A DNA stretch of 64,000 nucleotides, taken from NCBI GenBank assembly GCA_001662655.1, contig KV460213.1; one strand, 5' to 3'. A program made the position numbers and the translations under genes. This document shows, in pieces, positions 11,018 through 21,690 of this stretch (the stretch's first letter is position 1; each line of letters opens with the position of its first letter). Below the pieces are notes generated by a model. The model saw only the letters and a program-made list of their open reading frames with translations, was not told where the DNA came from and made no database searches. Source of the stretch: Pseudogymnoascus verrucosus (Eukaryota).

Positions 11018-13708
11018 CTACCACCCAAACCCCTCCCCCCCAACACTCCCAACAGCACTCAACCTCACCCCCGCCCTCCCCTTCACCGCACCCACAAAAC
11101 TCTGCATCTCTCTCTCTCTCTCCCTCTCGCGTTCCCTCTCCCTCTCCCTAACCCTCCTCTCATCCCCACCCCCCCCAAACCGTTCCCTCTCACTCCTCTC
11201 GCTATGCACACTTCGGGCGCTGCGGACGGATTTATCCCCCCCATTCGTGACAGGTCCACCATTATTATTGTTATCAAGGCAGAACACCACGCTCTCACCA
11301 CTCACAGCAGAGGTGTTGCTCATGCCACTCCTCACGCTCGCCCTGGGCATGAGTCCTGCCCCACTGTCTCCCCCTCCATTCTGACTCCTATTCCCACTCA
11401 CGTCCCCTCTTCCGCCACCTCCACCGCTGCCGATAGTAACAACATTAGCAGTCCCCATATCCAACACCCCCTCCGCGAGGATCTCATCACGCATCCTCGC
11501 CCTCTTCTTGCGCAGCGCAGACAGAAGCGCCTGTTCCTGCGGCGTAACAGCCATTAGATTCGCCGCCGCCACCGACGACGACGAGGAAGGGATAGATGGG
11601 ACGGCGTAAGAGGGGACAGGTGAGCGAGATGAAGTGGGTGTTGAAGTCGCGCTGCCTATAGGAAAGTGCGAGTTATGTCCATTCGCATACCCATTCCCGT
11701 TGCTGGCATAACCATTCGAATAACCATTAGAATACCCATTCCCATACCCGTTAGCCCCCCCACTCCCCTGCCTCCCATGCCCCCACCCCAGGCCCCCCTC
11801 CTCCACCGGACTAGGCAGCCCCTCCGCCGGCGGCCTGCTCCTCGGCGCCGTACTCCTCAGCGTACTCGCCGTGCGCGAACTATTCACACTCCTCATCGTA
11901 CTCGCCTTACTCGCCGAGCTCGCATGTCTCCTCATGCCCTGCGGGACACCCGGTAGTGCACCCCCCGGTGGACCACCCGGCGGTGGCGGGATGGCGGTGG
12001 TAGGCGGCGAGGAGGCGGAGGATCGCCAGGGTCCGGAGAGGTGGAGGGAGATGGGTGAGGGGATGGTGAGGAAGTCGCTGTGGTGCGGGCTTGGTGTGTT
12101 TTGGGAAGGGTGGGAGGTTGAGCTTGCGGGGCGGGGGAAGGCGTCGAGGTTGCGGAGGGGTTTTGGTTTCTGTCGTGTCTTGGAGGAGGAGGATTGTTTT
12201 TTCGATGAGGTGGTGCTACTACTACTCTTATGCGTCGCACCACCATTCGTCCGAGCGTTGTGCTTACCCCCTCTCCTAGCACCATTACCCATAACGTCGC
12301 TCTCGGAGGTATCTTTGTCATCTCCCCTCTCGTCGTCATCCGAGGACGAGGACTCGGAGAGGGAGAGGATGCTGTTTTGCTGGAGGTTGGAGTTCGAAAA
12401 CACACTCCGCCGCGACGTCCCAGTCGTCTTACTCGAATCGCTCACCCGGCTCGTAGCATCCCAATTCTGGCCCCCACCGCCCCCGCTAGCACCGAGGTGA
12501 TCGCGCGCTCTCCACGCCGAGTGCGCCGACGGCGGCGGTGCGGTTTCTCTATCGTGCCCGTTTCTCGGACGGAGATCAGGATAGGAAACTCCATTGGGCG
12601 CCTCATGTCTCGGTCTTGGCGCCGCAATAACCGGTACCTTCGCCGCCGCCGCCGCAGCGGCGCGGGGTTCAGGCACAGGAGCAGGAGCGCGATCCGCGTA
12701 GACGCGCTGCTCGTAGTGATCCCATAGATCATCCGTGGCGTGGTGATCGTTCTGGAACTGGACTGTTTTCTCATCCCTCAATCGATCGACGGGGGGTGAA
12801 GCAACAGACGACTTCTGGCGCACGATAGGCGGGTTCTTGCTCAGTTTCCGGGCGTAGGTGGGGTCGGTGGAGGAGGAGATTCCGGAGCCGACGGAGGGGG
12901 CGCGGGAGGTGGAGGAGGGAGGGCGGAGGGATTGTGCGTCTTTTGATTTCTTGTGGAAGAGGCGTGTGAGGTCTAGGCGGGAGGTTTTCTTCTTGGGTGG
13001 TTGTGGGGAGGAGGGGAAGTAGCTGTCCCTGTCTTGGTTGTAGTTGGTGTCGTCGATGTCGCCGTCGTCTTCGGCGATGGAGTCGATGCCATGCGGACTG
13101 AGTGGGCTGTGGGGCATATTGGAGACGACGGGTTGGTATCCCTTGCGGAGAGCGAGGTCGCGCGCCGACGAGGCCGAGGTCTGCTGTGAGACAGCTAGGG
13201 GCGTAGATCCGCGGTCGTAGTAAGACCGCAATGTGGAATTCGACCTCTCCGACCTGATATCGGGTAGGTCACTCGCCATATCCTCTCCTCCACCTCCATA
13301 ATCCCCTCTCATCACCGCCCCGCGGCCCAACAGCGTCGACGACGCCTTGCCGTTCAATCGTATCGGCGGCACCCCGCCTCCTCTCTCGGAGGCACTATAT
13401 GCGTCGTCTTCGGTCGTCGACTCGGCTATCTCAATGCTCATCCGGCTTGGACTCGTGGCCGCTCGACTGCGCGAGGAGGAGGGTGTGTAGGAACGCCATG
13501 CTCCGTCGTCGTCGCGGCTGGGGGAGTCGATGTTGAGGTTATCTGTGCCGAGGAGACGCTGTGCTTTCGAGAGGGGTTGTTGCTGTCGCTGCTGCGGCCG
13601 TGAATTGCTGCTCGAGGAACTCGTAGGTATAGATTCTGTTTTCGCAGGAGGGAGGACCGAGGCGCGGCGCCCTGGGACGGGGAAGAAGAATTTGGAGGTC
13701 CTGCCCAT
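11018..13708 (-). CDS. Hypothetical Ser/Pro/Gly-rich, largely disordered protein (896 aa)
   Basis: Single uninterrupted 2.7-kb ATG-started ORF with low-complexity composition. No domain recognised. Confidence 0.8.
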   Translation of the reverse strand: MGRTSKFFFPVPGRRASVLPPAKTESIPTSSSSSNSRPQQRQQQPLSKAQRLLGTDNLNIDSPSRDDDGAWRSYTPSSSRSRAATSPSRMSIEIAESTTEDDAYSASERGGGVPPIRLNGKASSTLLGRGAVMRGDYGGGGEDMASDLPDIRSERSNSTLRSYYDRGSTPLAVSQQTSASSARDLALRKGYQPVVSNMPHSPLSPHGIDSIAEDDGDIDDTNYNQDRDSYFPSSPQPPKKKTSRLDLTRLFHKKSKDAQSLRPPSSTSRAPSVGSGISSSTDPTYARKLSKNPPIVRQKSSVASPPVDRLRDEKTVQFQNDHHATDDLWDHYEQRVYADRAPAPVPEPRAAAAAAAKVPVIAAPRPRHEAPNGVSYPDLRPRNGHDRETAPPPSAHSAWRARDHLGASGGGGGQNWDATSRVSDSSKTTGTSRRSVFSNSNLQQNSILSLSESSSSDDDERGDDKDTSESDVMGNGARRGGKHNARTNGGATHKSSSSTTSSKKQSSSSKTRQKPKPLRNLDAFPRPASSTSHPSQNTPSPHHSDFLTIPSPISLHLSGPWRSSASSPPTTAIPPPPGGPPGGALPGVPQGMRRHASSASKASTMRSVNSSRTASTLRSTAPRSRPPAEGLPSPVEEGGLGWGHGRQGSGGANGYGNGYSNGYSNGYASNGNGYANGHNSHFPIGSATSTPTSSRSPVPSYAVPSIPSSSSSVAAANLMAVTPQEQALLSALRKKRARMRDEILAEGVLDMGTANVVTIGSGGGGGRGDVSGNRSQNGGGDSGAGLMPRASVRSGMSNTSAVSGESVVFCLDNNNNGGPVTNGGDKSVRSARSVHSERSERERFGGGGDERRVREREREREREREREMQSFVGAVKGRAGVRLSAVGSVGGEGFGW

Positions 13709-14462
13709 AGCCGCGGATGGGGTGGGGGGGGAACGGCGGCAGCGGCGGTGGTGGTGGTGGTGGTTGCGATGGTGATGATTGTGATTGCGGCGGTGAGGTT
13801 TCTTTGGGATTTCTTTCTCTTTCTTGAGAGAGGGTGAGGGTGAGACGTGAGGTTTGAAGTTTCCCAGACCGATCGGCCAAGGAGGTGGAGCGCGGAAGGC
13901 TAGGCGCGAAGGGATCTAGCGTGAGGCTGTTGATGGGAGCGAGCGAGCGAGCCGTTTGTATGGTATGTACTTCGTATACGTAGTCGGATAGTGCGCGGGC
14001 CAGGTTCAGGAACGGTCAGGAACGGTGGCGGAGGCGGGTGACGGAGGTGGAGGCGGGTGAGGAGGGTGTTTCGGAGGTTGGTCGAGATCGGTGCATGCTA
14101 TGCGTGGTGGGAGGGATGGGGGGGAGGTGGTGGTGGAGTTGAGGATGGTCGAGAAGGTTGGGATTTGGAGGGAAGTGGTGATCGTGGTGGTGATCGTGGA
14201 GAAGGTACATGGGGATGGAAGGACATGACAGCCGGAAGAGGAAGAAGATGTGAGGATGGGGATGGGGATAGGATGGGGGGATTTGCTGTAGATTAGTATA
14301 GTAAGAGTAGTATTGTAGAGGAGAATATACGGCAGTAGAGTTGTGCAGGTTCTATCCAGTGGTATAGAGAACACTGGAGTCATGGTATAGTTCAGTTATA
14401 CAAGAACAGTATTATCGAGTATAGTCGCTATACTGACTTACTCGCTATACTGGACTACACTC

Positions 14463-14512
14463 TCCCATACAATGTTCCCATACAAATGTTCCCATACAAA
14501 TGTTCCCATACA
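14463..14512. repeat. 14-bp tandem repeat (TCCCATACAAATGT), about 3.6 copies
   Basis: Directly visible in the sequence. Confidence 0.9.
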
Positions 14513-17500
14513 GTCCTCCGAGATCTGCGTATAGTGGCATGGTTAGAAGTTAGAAGCGGTACTTCGGCGATACACTCTCCACCCACGAGTCTGCACTCCA
14601 AAACACCTTGAAACACCCCCAACCAGCGGTGAACACTCAGGCCCAGCACTTGTACCTCCCTCGTACCCCTCCTGCAAGCCCTGAGCCCTGCATCAGCATC
14701 TGCAAATTTGGGGGAACAGGGGTCCAATTCATGCGCATGTATTTACTCCTCGCTATTACAAAGGTACAGGCAAATTGTATGTCTGTTATATGTAAATGCG
14801 AGGTACCTTATTTCTAGGATTGCAGTAGGATTGGCGTCGATCGTCGGGCAGATCCCTCCTCTGTTGTCTCTTATCACGGGCTGAGGATGACGGAGGTGTG
14901 AGTGACTAGGCTGCATGGGGGATGGCGGGGTAGAGTTCAGCGTCTGTGTGGATAGTCCTTTTCGCTGGTGGTGTCTTCTTTCGTGTGGTAGTGGGTAGAC
15001 TCATCCAACTAATCTGGCCTAAACACCGCTCTAAGAGAAGTTAATAAGCTCTACCGCTCTTACCACGTACTCGTAGTAAACTTGTTCAACTTCGGTAACC
15101 TATCATCTCTCCTAAACAGAGGGTAAACAACAGGTAAGCAATTAGGAGATCGTCGGCCTCCTTTCCGGTAATATGAGGTATTGAAGAGAATTTAGAAATT
15201 AGCATACGTACGGCTGGGAACCGACTACTAACACTGGGATGGGACCGGCTGCTGGCAAATTCTGCTGTGTGAGCCGAGGAGGAGGGAATAGATGCGAACA
15301 ACACGTTGCCTCTGCGTCGTGCTTCATGTTCTTTCTTTCCCGTGCCGCCTCGTTTCTTCTCCGTGCTTCATTTCTTTACATCCTTACTGCTGCATGCATG
15401 CACTGCTCATGCAGCACCCATACACGTACATACGCACATGCATACATACACACACATACATATATAGCCATACTACTACACCACGATCATACACACAACT
15501 CCAGACCAAGACTCTCTGTAGTATATCTAGTATATGCACCCTCTCTAGTATATGCACAAGATCCTCTCCTACAAAAAAATCTACTCCGTAATTCCATGCA
15601 CGCCCACGGCGACTACCAGTAGTCTGCAGTACTTTCCCACTCTCTATCCACCACCACCGTACTCCTCACCCACCCCATCAAAACTTCCTCCTCACCAGCC
15701 CCTGTCACCCCCCACCCCGGAACATCCCTCCCCCGACCAAACACCTGCAACCTGCAAACCCCTTTGTTCTAGCGTCTCCCGTACCTGACACTAAGCCTCT
15801 TCCTCCCACCGGTCCCTTACCCATTTAAGTAAGTAAAGTGCACTAAAACATCCCCCCCTACCTTCCTTCCCTTTCCCATGTCCTGCATACTGTACAAAAA
15901 AACCACCCGCCGTCGCAAATCTCACCTCAGCAGTACTAGGATCGCGATTTTCAAAACATGCGGCGTTCGTGGCGTCATGTCTGCATAGAAGAACTGAGTC
16001 AAGATGCGGATGGGAATACAGTAGGGTAGGCAAGCGCGGTCTCACGTGCTCCACCAACCGCGGACCCCCGAGGCACGCAGCATGGACGTTGAGGGGGGAG
16101 AGGAGCATGTGGATGGGGCTCGGGTCTCACTATGGAGTGAGTATACTGGATGGACTGTATACTATGCCCCCGCGAAGATGGGTGCTCCGAGACAGGATAT
16201 TCTATAGTGTCTTCGAATTATCAATACCAAGGACCGTTGCTCCGTCACTAACCTCCCCCACAGCTGCCTCTCACTAATGGGGATCCCACCACGCCTCCTT
16301 TTCCTCTTCTCCATATACCCCACAACCTCAACGACCAGACTACTGTAGAATGCCAATATTGAAGCCCAACTCCTCATAAACACACCACGTCAGAATACTA
16401 TACCCACCAGCAAACGGAGATTAAACCCACTCCCCGTCCCCCTGTACGCACTGTCCGCCCCCCTGCCCCGGCGCCCATGCTACGCTGAGAAGTGACTGCC
16501 GAACCAGGCCGGAGATGAGTGGGCGTGCGTTTCGTTCGTTGCTTAGGTGATGGGGGCGAGGATGAGCTGAGGATCTGGGGGTTGGGTTTGAGGCGGCAGG
16601 GGGATCGGCGGAGATGACGGCGTGATGGACGATGGGGATGATGGTTGGTGGTGATCTGGGAAGAGGGACGATGGGGGAATGGAGATGGTGATCGGAGATG
16701 GAGGAGAGGATTTGTCATATCCCTCTCCGACGACGCGGTGGGTATAAGTCATACCTAACTGATTACTTGGGATATATCCCTTCTATTCTTCCATCCTCAT
16801 TCTCCCCCCTTATTTGGGTTGGGTCTTACATACGATGCATACCCCCTTTTCTGCGTGAGCTATACCTTCGTCATTTATCAAAACCCCCCGTGCTTCCACC
16901 GCTGTTTCGCCCACCTCTTGCGTTTACATAAGAGAGAGGAAAGGTGAGAGGATCAGGAAATGTCTTTTTTGGCACCACACACTCTCGTGAGGTTGCTTGT
17001 GCCGCTCCCAAAGCGCTGGGTTGAGACGCGGATGGCGCTTCGGGTTGTGGTGTAATGGCTAGCACTCGGCGTTTTCTGTTCAGAGCATTTCCACGTATTG
17101 CTTTACCACTTTTGTTATTTCAAAGGTCCATCTTCTATTTAATCATCAGATCTGCCTATTTACCTAATCCGATCGGTCACTTCTGAAGTGCCAGGCGATG
17201 AAGGTTCTCATATAATGCTCGATATCGTATGATGTGGCTGTGCTGTGCTGTGGCTGTGCTTGGGGGGTACTCGCATTATACGACGATTGATAGCATGGCT
17301 ATACTACCAGACTAGAGCTTCTTCCTGTTCTAGTATGGGCTTATGACTCTGCGCTTGTGAGTATAGCAAGGTTGAGTTGGTGCACAAACTGTATAACTTG
17401 TCGATCGTAGAAGCTTAAAACTGATCTGAATGGTCTTTTATATTCTCACGCAAACTACTTTATATTTTCATTCTTATTATATGTATTTAAAGGCATCAAT

Positions 17501-17566
17501 CACTTCACGTTACTTTCAAACACTAAACGGTCGAAAATTATCTACATAATCTCGATCCCGACAGAG

Positions 17567-18831
17567 ATGGGAGACCAGTCCTTCAAAGGCTTCGACTGGG
17601 CTAAGTTGCGTACGGGGGATTATGGTATCGAGGCTCGTTTCACCTACGATCCCTACCTCGAAGCCGCCAAGCAGCTCTTCAAATCCCTCGGCCTAACAGA
17701 CGGAGAGATAACCATGATCCTCCTAGAAACCTAACAAGAATACAGCCGGGTCTACGAAGTATTCTTGCCCAAGAAAGGTGAAGGTTTCATACTAATGGTA
17801 AACCTACCACTCGACCCTCGATTTAAGACGCTCAGCGAAGTAGCTACCATCGAATGGGTAAATGAGAATACGAATATCCCCGTGCTGAAATTCATACACT
17901 ATGATACATCCAACGCCAATCCAATCGGCCTCAAATACATCTTCACCACCAAACTCCCCGGAAACCACTGTACGAGGTAGAGTAAAAAAACCATCTCCTT
18001 CCCCCGCCAAAACCACCCTCGTCACGCAAATGGCTTCATTCCCATCCCGCCTCTATAAATAAATCCCAGTTCCGCGGCATCGGCAGTATTCAACCCGCAT
18101 CGACCCCAAATATCGGCCCGATTATAGCTAGAGACTTTTTTTTCTGGCACGAGAATATTCATTTAGATGTCCCCCCCCCCGCGGCCCTTTTCCTTCGGCC
18201 CGAGACCGAGCGGCTCGGAGCTATCTTGGCGATTTAAAGATAGTTGTCGCCCACGCAACGATGAGTTTAGAATTGACGAGGCGCGGGGGAGTTTGGGGAT
18301 TATTGAGAGAGGGTGAGGCCGATGGTGGAAAAAATATTACCGGTTACTAACAATAGCCATCAAGCTGAACCGGCGATGCTGGTTCATGGGGATCTGGATT
18401 TCTTCATCGACGACAGCGGCGCGCTTAAGGGGGTTATTGACTCGTGGTGCGTCGAGGCCGTGCAGGTGTGGAGAGCTTGCTTGCTGCTACCCCCGATTCC
18501 TCAACTCATGGCGGGATAGTAAACCCAAGCGGGAGAGTTACGGGACTGACGCTGATGATTATGGTGGCAGTGGTGATCCTAATGAGCCGAATACGCTTTA
18601 CTGGGATCATTTGGAGGAGTGTGAGTGTCATCTTCTGCGAACTGTTTTTCTGGAGGAGATGAAGAGGTTGGAAGGGGGTAGTGGGTGGAGGGTTTTAAGA
18701 AGGGGGAGGGGGTGAGGAGGGGCTTGGTGTTTGCGGTGCAGTGCTGTGATGATGATTAGAAACTAAATGGGAGGGAGATATGGGAGTGGATTGAGAAAAT
18801 TGAGGCTGAGAAGCCTTGGGAGGGGAAATGA
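17567..18831 (+). pseudogene. Degenerate APH/choline-kinase-like phosphotransferase, paralog of the downstream gene
   Basis: Fragments align by eye with 19350-20756: LPLDPRFKTLSEVATIEWV vs LPVDPRFKTRSEVATMEWM, TKLPG, VHGDL, IDDSGALKGVIDSW, LRTVFLEEM. In-frame TAA at 17732-17734, TAG at 17978-17980, and several frameshifts. Confidence 0.85.
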
Positions 18832-19349
18832 GAGGGGGTGAATGGTTGAGTTGTTGAAGGCATGGGGGTGCTTGGATTGTGTTTCCGCATGTTGTTTTTA
18901 TTGCTTTACCCTTTTCTATGTCCCATTTCTTTTTGATAGCTAGATCTACCCAAACGCTCCATCAGCCTGGTCGCTTGTGAAGCGCCTAGTTTCTTGCGAA
19001 GCGCTTGGTTTCATGTGGATGTAGCGCCTGGCGTGACCCAGAGCGGCCAGGCGGTTCGGGGTACTTCAGCGATGCTCGCGCTTGCCGGTGTATATGTGGC
19101 TATGGTATTGTGTGACTGTGGCAAGAAGCGTTATTATATCATCTGTTGGACTTATAAGTATGAGTCCGACTATGCTACGGACTCCTATATATACCTACGC
19201 TCCATTATACGACTTCAATATGACTCGTCACTTATCAGTTTCCTCAAGGTTACGTTTGTGCACGGACTTCGCCCATCGACGATCTCAAACCTTAAACCAC
19301 CCCCACCACCACTCCATCATTATCCTCACCAACCCCCACACTCTCCTCA

Positions 19350-20756
19350 ATGGCCAAAGCAGATTTCCATGGTCTCTCATGGACCTCCACAATCTGGAGC
19401 CTCGAACCCACCTGGACCCTCGAACCCTCCCCCGCCGCCATCGCCGAACTAATCAAATCCCTCGGCATCACCGATGCCACCATCTCATTCCTCGCCCAAG
19501 GCGGCTTTAATAAAGTCTACACCGTCGCCTCACCGGCCAATGAAGACTTGATCCTCCGCATCGCTCTACCGGTTGACCCGAGATTTAAAACTCGCAGCGA
19601 GGTCGCGACTATGGAATGGATGCGGTATAACACTACCATCCCGGTCCCGAGGGTCCTCCGGTACGGGGAGTCGCGCGCGAATATCGTGGGGTTCGAATGG
19701 ATCCTCATGACTAAGCTACCTGGAAAGCACCTTGGCGATGTATGGAACACGATCTCCTATGCTGCTAAAGAAGCGCTGGTTAGGAGGATCGCGGGGATTT
19801 GGGCGGAGCTGTTTAGGCGGCCGATGAGGGGGGTGGGTAATATCTATTCAGTGTCGCCGAAAAAGGAGGAACCGGCGAAGGTAGGCAGGATTGTGTCGAT
19901 GCAGTTTTTCTGGGGGAATCGTATCTATCAGGATGTGTCAAGGGGACCGTTCGAGTCGAGTCGGGAGTGGATGCTAGCGAGGTTGGGACTGTGTGAGAAT
20001 GAGTGCCATGCTACGCTGGAGAGGTTTGAGGGTGTGGAAAGGAATGGAGCGGATGGCGGTGATGAGGGGGGGGGTGGGGTGAATAGTGATGATAACAATG
20101 GTAGGGATGATAAAGGTGGTAGGGATGATGAGGGTGATGAGGGTGATGAGAACGACGAGGACGACGATGATGATAAGGAGGAGGCGGAGAGGACACTGGA
20201 CATTGTTATGAGGTTGAAGCCGCTTGTAGATCGAATATTCCCAGAGGGCCAGTCGGGAGAGGAGAAGACGGTGTTCTCCCACCATGACCTTTCAAATCAT
20301 AACGTCCTTGTCGACGACGACGGCGCTCTTACCGGCCTGCTAGACTGGGAGTGCGTCTCCGCCGTGCCACTTTGGAAAGCCTGCGACTTCCCGAGTTTTT
20401 TGGGAGGCAGACCGCGAGAGGTGAAGCCTGATCAGACGGCATATGATCTGAATGATGAGGAGAGTGCTGATGACTACTGGAGATATTTGAAGGAATATGA
20501 GATCACGAACCTGCGGCGGGTTTTCCTCGATGAGATGGCGATACTGGAGCCGGAGTGGATGCAGATTTTCAAGGCGAGTCAAGTGCATCGGGATCTTGAA
20601 ACTGCGGTGCTAGACTGCGATAGCGAATTGTCCGCGAGAAATATCCGTTACTGGAGTGATAACGTCATGGCCGAGAAGAGCAACATGCTGACTTTGGAGG
20701 ATAGAAGATATGGATGCTATGGACCTGACGATTCTAAGGACGACATTATATTATAG
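19350..20756 (+). CDS. Phosphotransferase enzyme family (APH/kinase-like) protein, 468 aa
   Basis: FLAQGGFNKVY P-loop-like motif, SEVATM, Brenner-type HHDLSNHNVL and LDWE motifs, acidic Asp/Gly-rich insertion. Confidence 0.9.
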   Translation: MAKADFHGLSWTSTIWSLEPTWTLEPSPAAIAELIKSLGITDATISFLAQGGFNKVYTVASPANEDLILRIALPVDPRFKTRSEVATMEWMRYNTTIPVPRVLRYGESRANIVGFEWILMTKLPGKHLGDVWNTISYAAKEALVRRIAGIWAELFRRPMRGVGNIYSVSPKKEEPAKVGRIVSMQFFWGNRIYQDVSRGPFESSREWMLARLGLCENECHATLERFEGVERNGADGGDEGGGGVNSDDNNGRDDKGGRDDEGDEGDENDEDDDDDKEEAERTLDIVMRLKPLVDRIFPEGQSGEEKTVFSHHDLSNHNVLVDDDGALTGLLDWECVSAVPLWKACDFPSFLGGRPREVKPDQTAYDLNDEESADDYWRYLKEYEITNLRRVFLDEMAILEPEWMQIFKASQVHRDLETAVLDCDSELSARNIRYWSDNVMAEKSNMLTLEDRRYGCYGPDDSKDDIIL

Positions 20757-21690
20757 TAGATAGTGGCATATGATAAGCACCATCATCTTTTGGGTTGGTA
20801 TATGGAGACATGTACAGTGCAATAGCTCGCAAGATACCATTTCTTCGTGGTAAAGCATGAGATGAACGACTACAACGACTGTAATATAAGTACATTCATA
20901 TGAATTGCCACAACCAAAATATGAAACGCCTCTGTATAGAAAGTTATGGAATAACGACAACCTTTCCAATGCTGAGCTGAACCCACACCCGTAAAATAGA
21001 GGCCGCGTAACGATGAAATTCAAAACAAGCTTCATATTCAAGGTGCGGGGTTGACGTGATAATCGACATAATTAAACATTTGTAGCTTACTGTTTCCATT
21101 TCTAGCCAGAAATTCTCGCACCTGAATAGGGCTTGCTCCCCATCCGTATAATTCGGCCGCTTCTTTTCTTTTAGACTATCTGGGAACTTTACTGTTGCCT
21201 TGTCCCTCATTTTTCTTCCCATTTTGAAAAGGGCGTTTAATTGGTATATCAGTGTGGAAAATATTGAGTGGTTGGAACTGAGAGGATATGAAAGATTTGG
21301 AGGAAGAGAGTAATTGCTGGAAGGTTCTCTGTTTTCTTTTCGAATTGAAGATACCTTCCTTTCGTTATGCATCAACTTGACAGAATAATGGTTATATTTG
21401 GAGCGATTTTTGATCTTGCTCTCTAAATAATCATAATCCCTTCCCCCAATAATTGCACACGTCGCCAGCTCTTCCTGCATTTTTAAAACTGCGTCACTAC
21501 ATTCCTCACACTGCGCTATCCGGTCTTGCTATGTATGCATATGCTGGATATAATGGGTTGACCATAAACCAACTGATACCTGTATTGTGTGCCTTGAAAA
21601 ACATTGAATGACTACTGAATTAAAGATTATGCAGCAAGAACCACCCAATTGGGGGCAAGGAGGAAATCATTGGTACCATTAACTCCCTAT

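Noticed and set aside
13750..17500. Many short ORFs in purine/pyrimidine-biased DNA
   Set aside because: No domain motifs or consistent splice model; likely UTR/promoter sequence.
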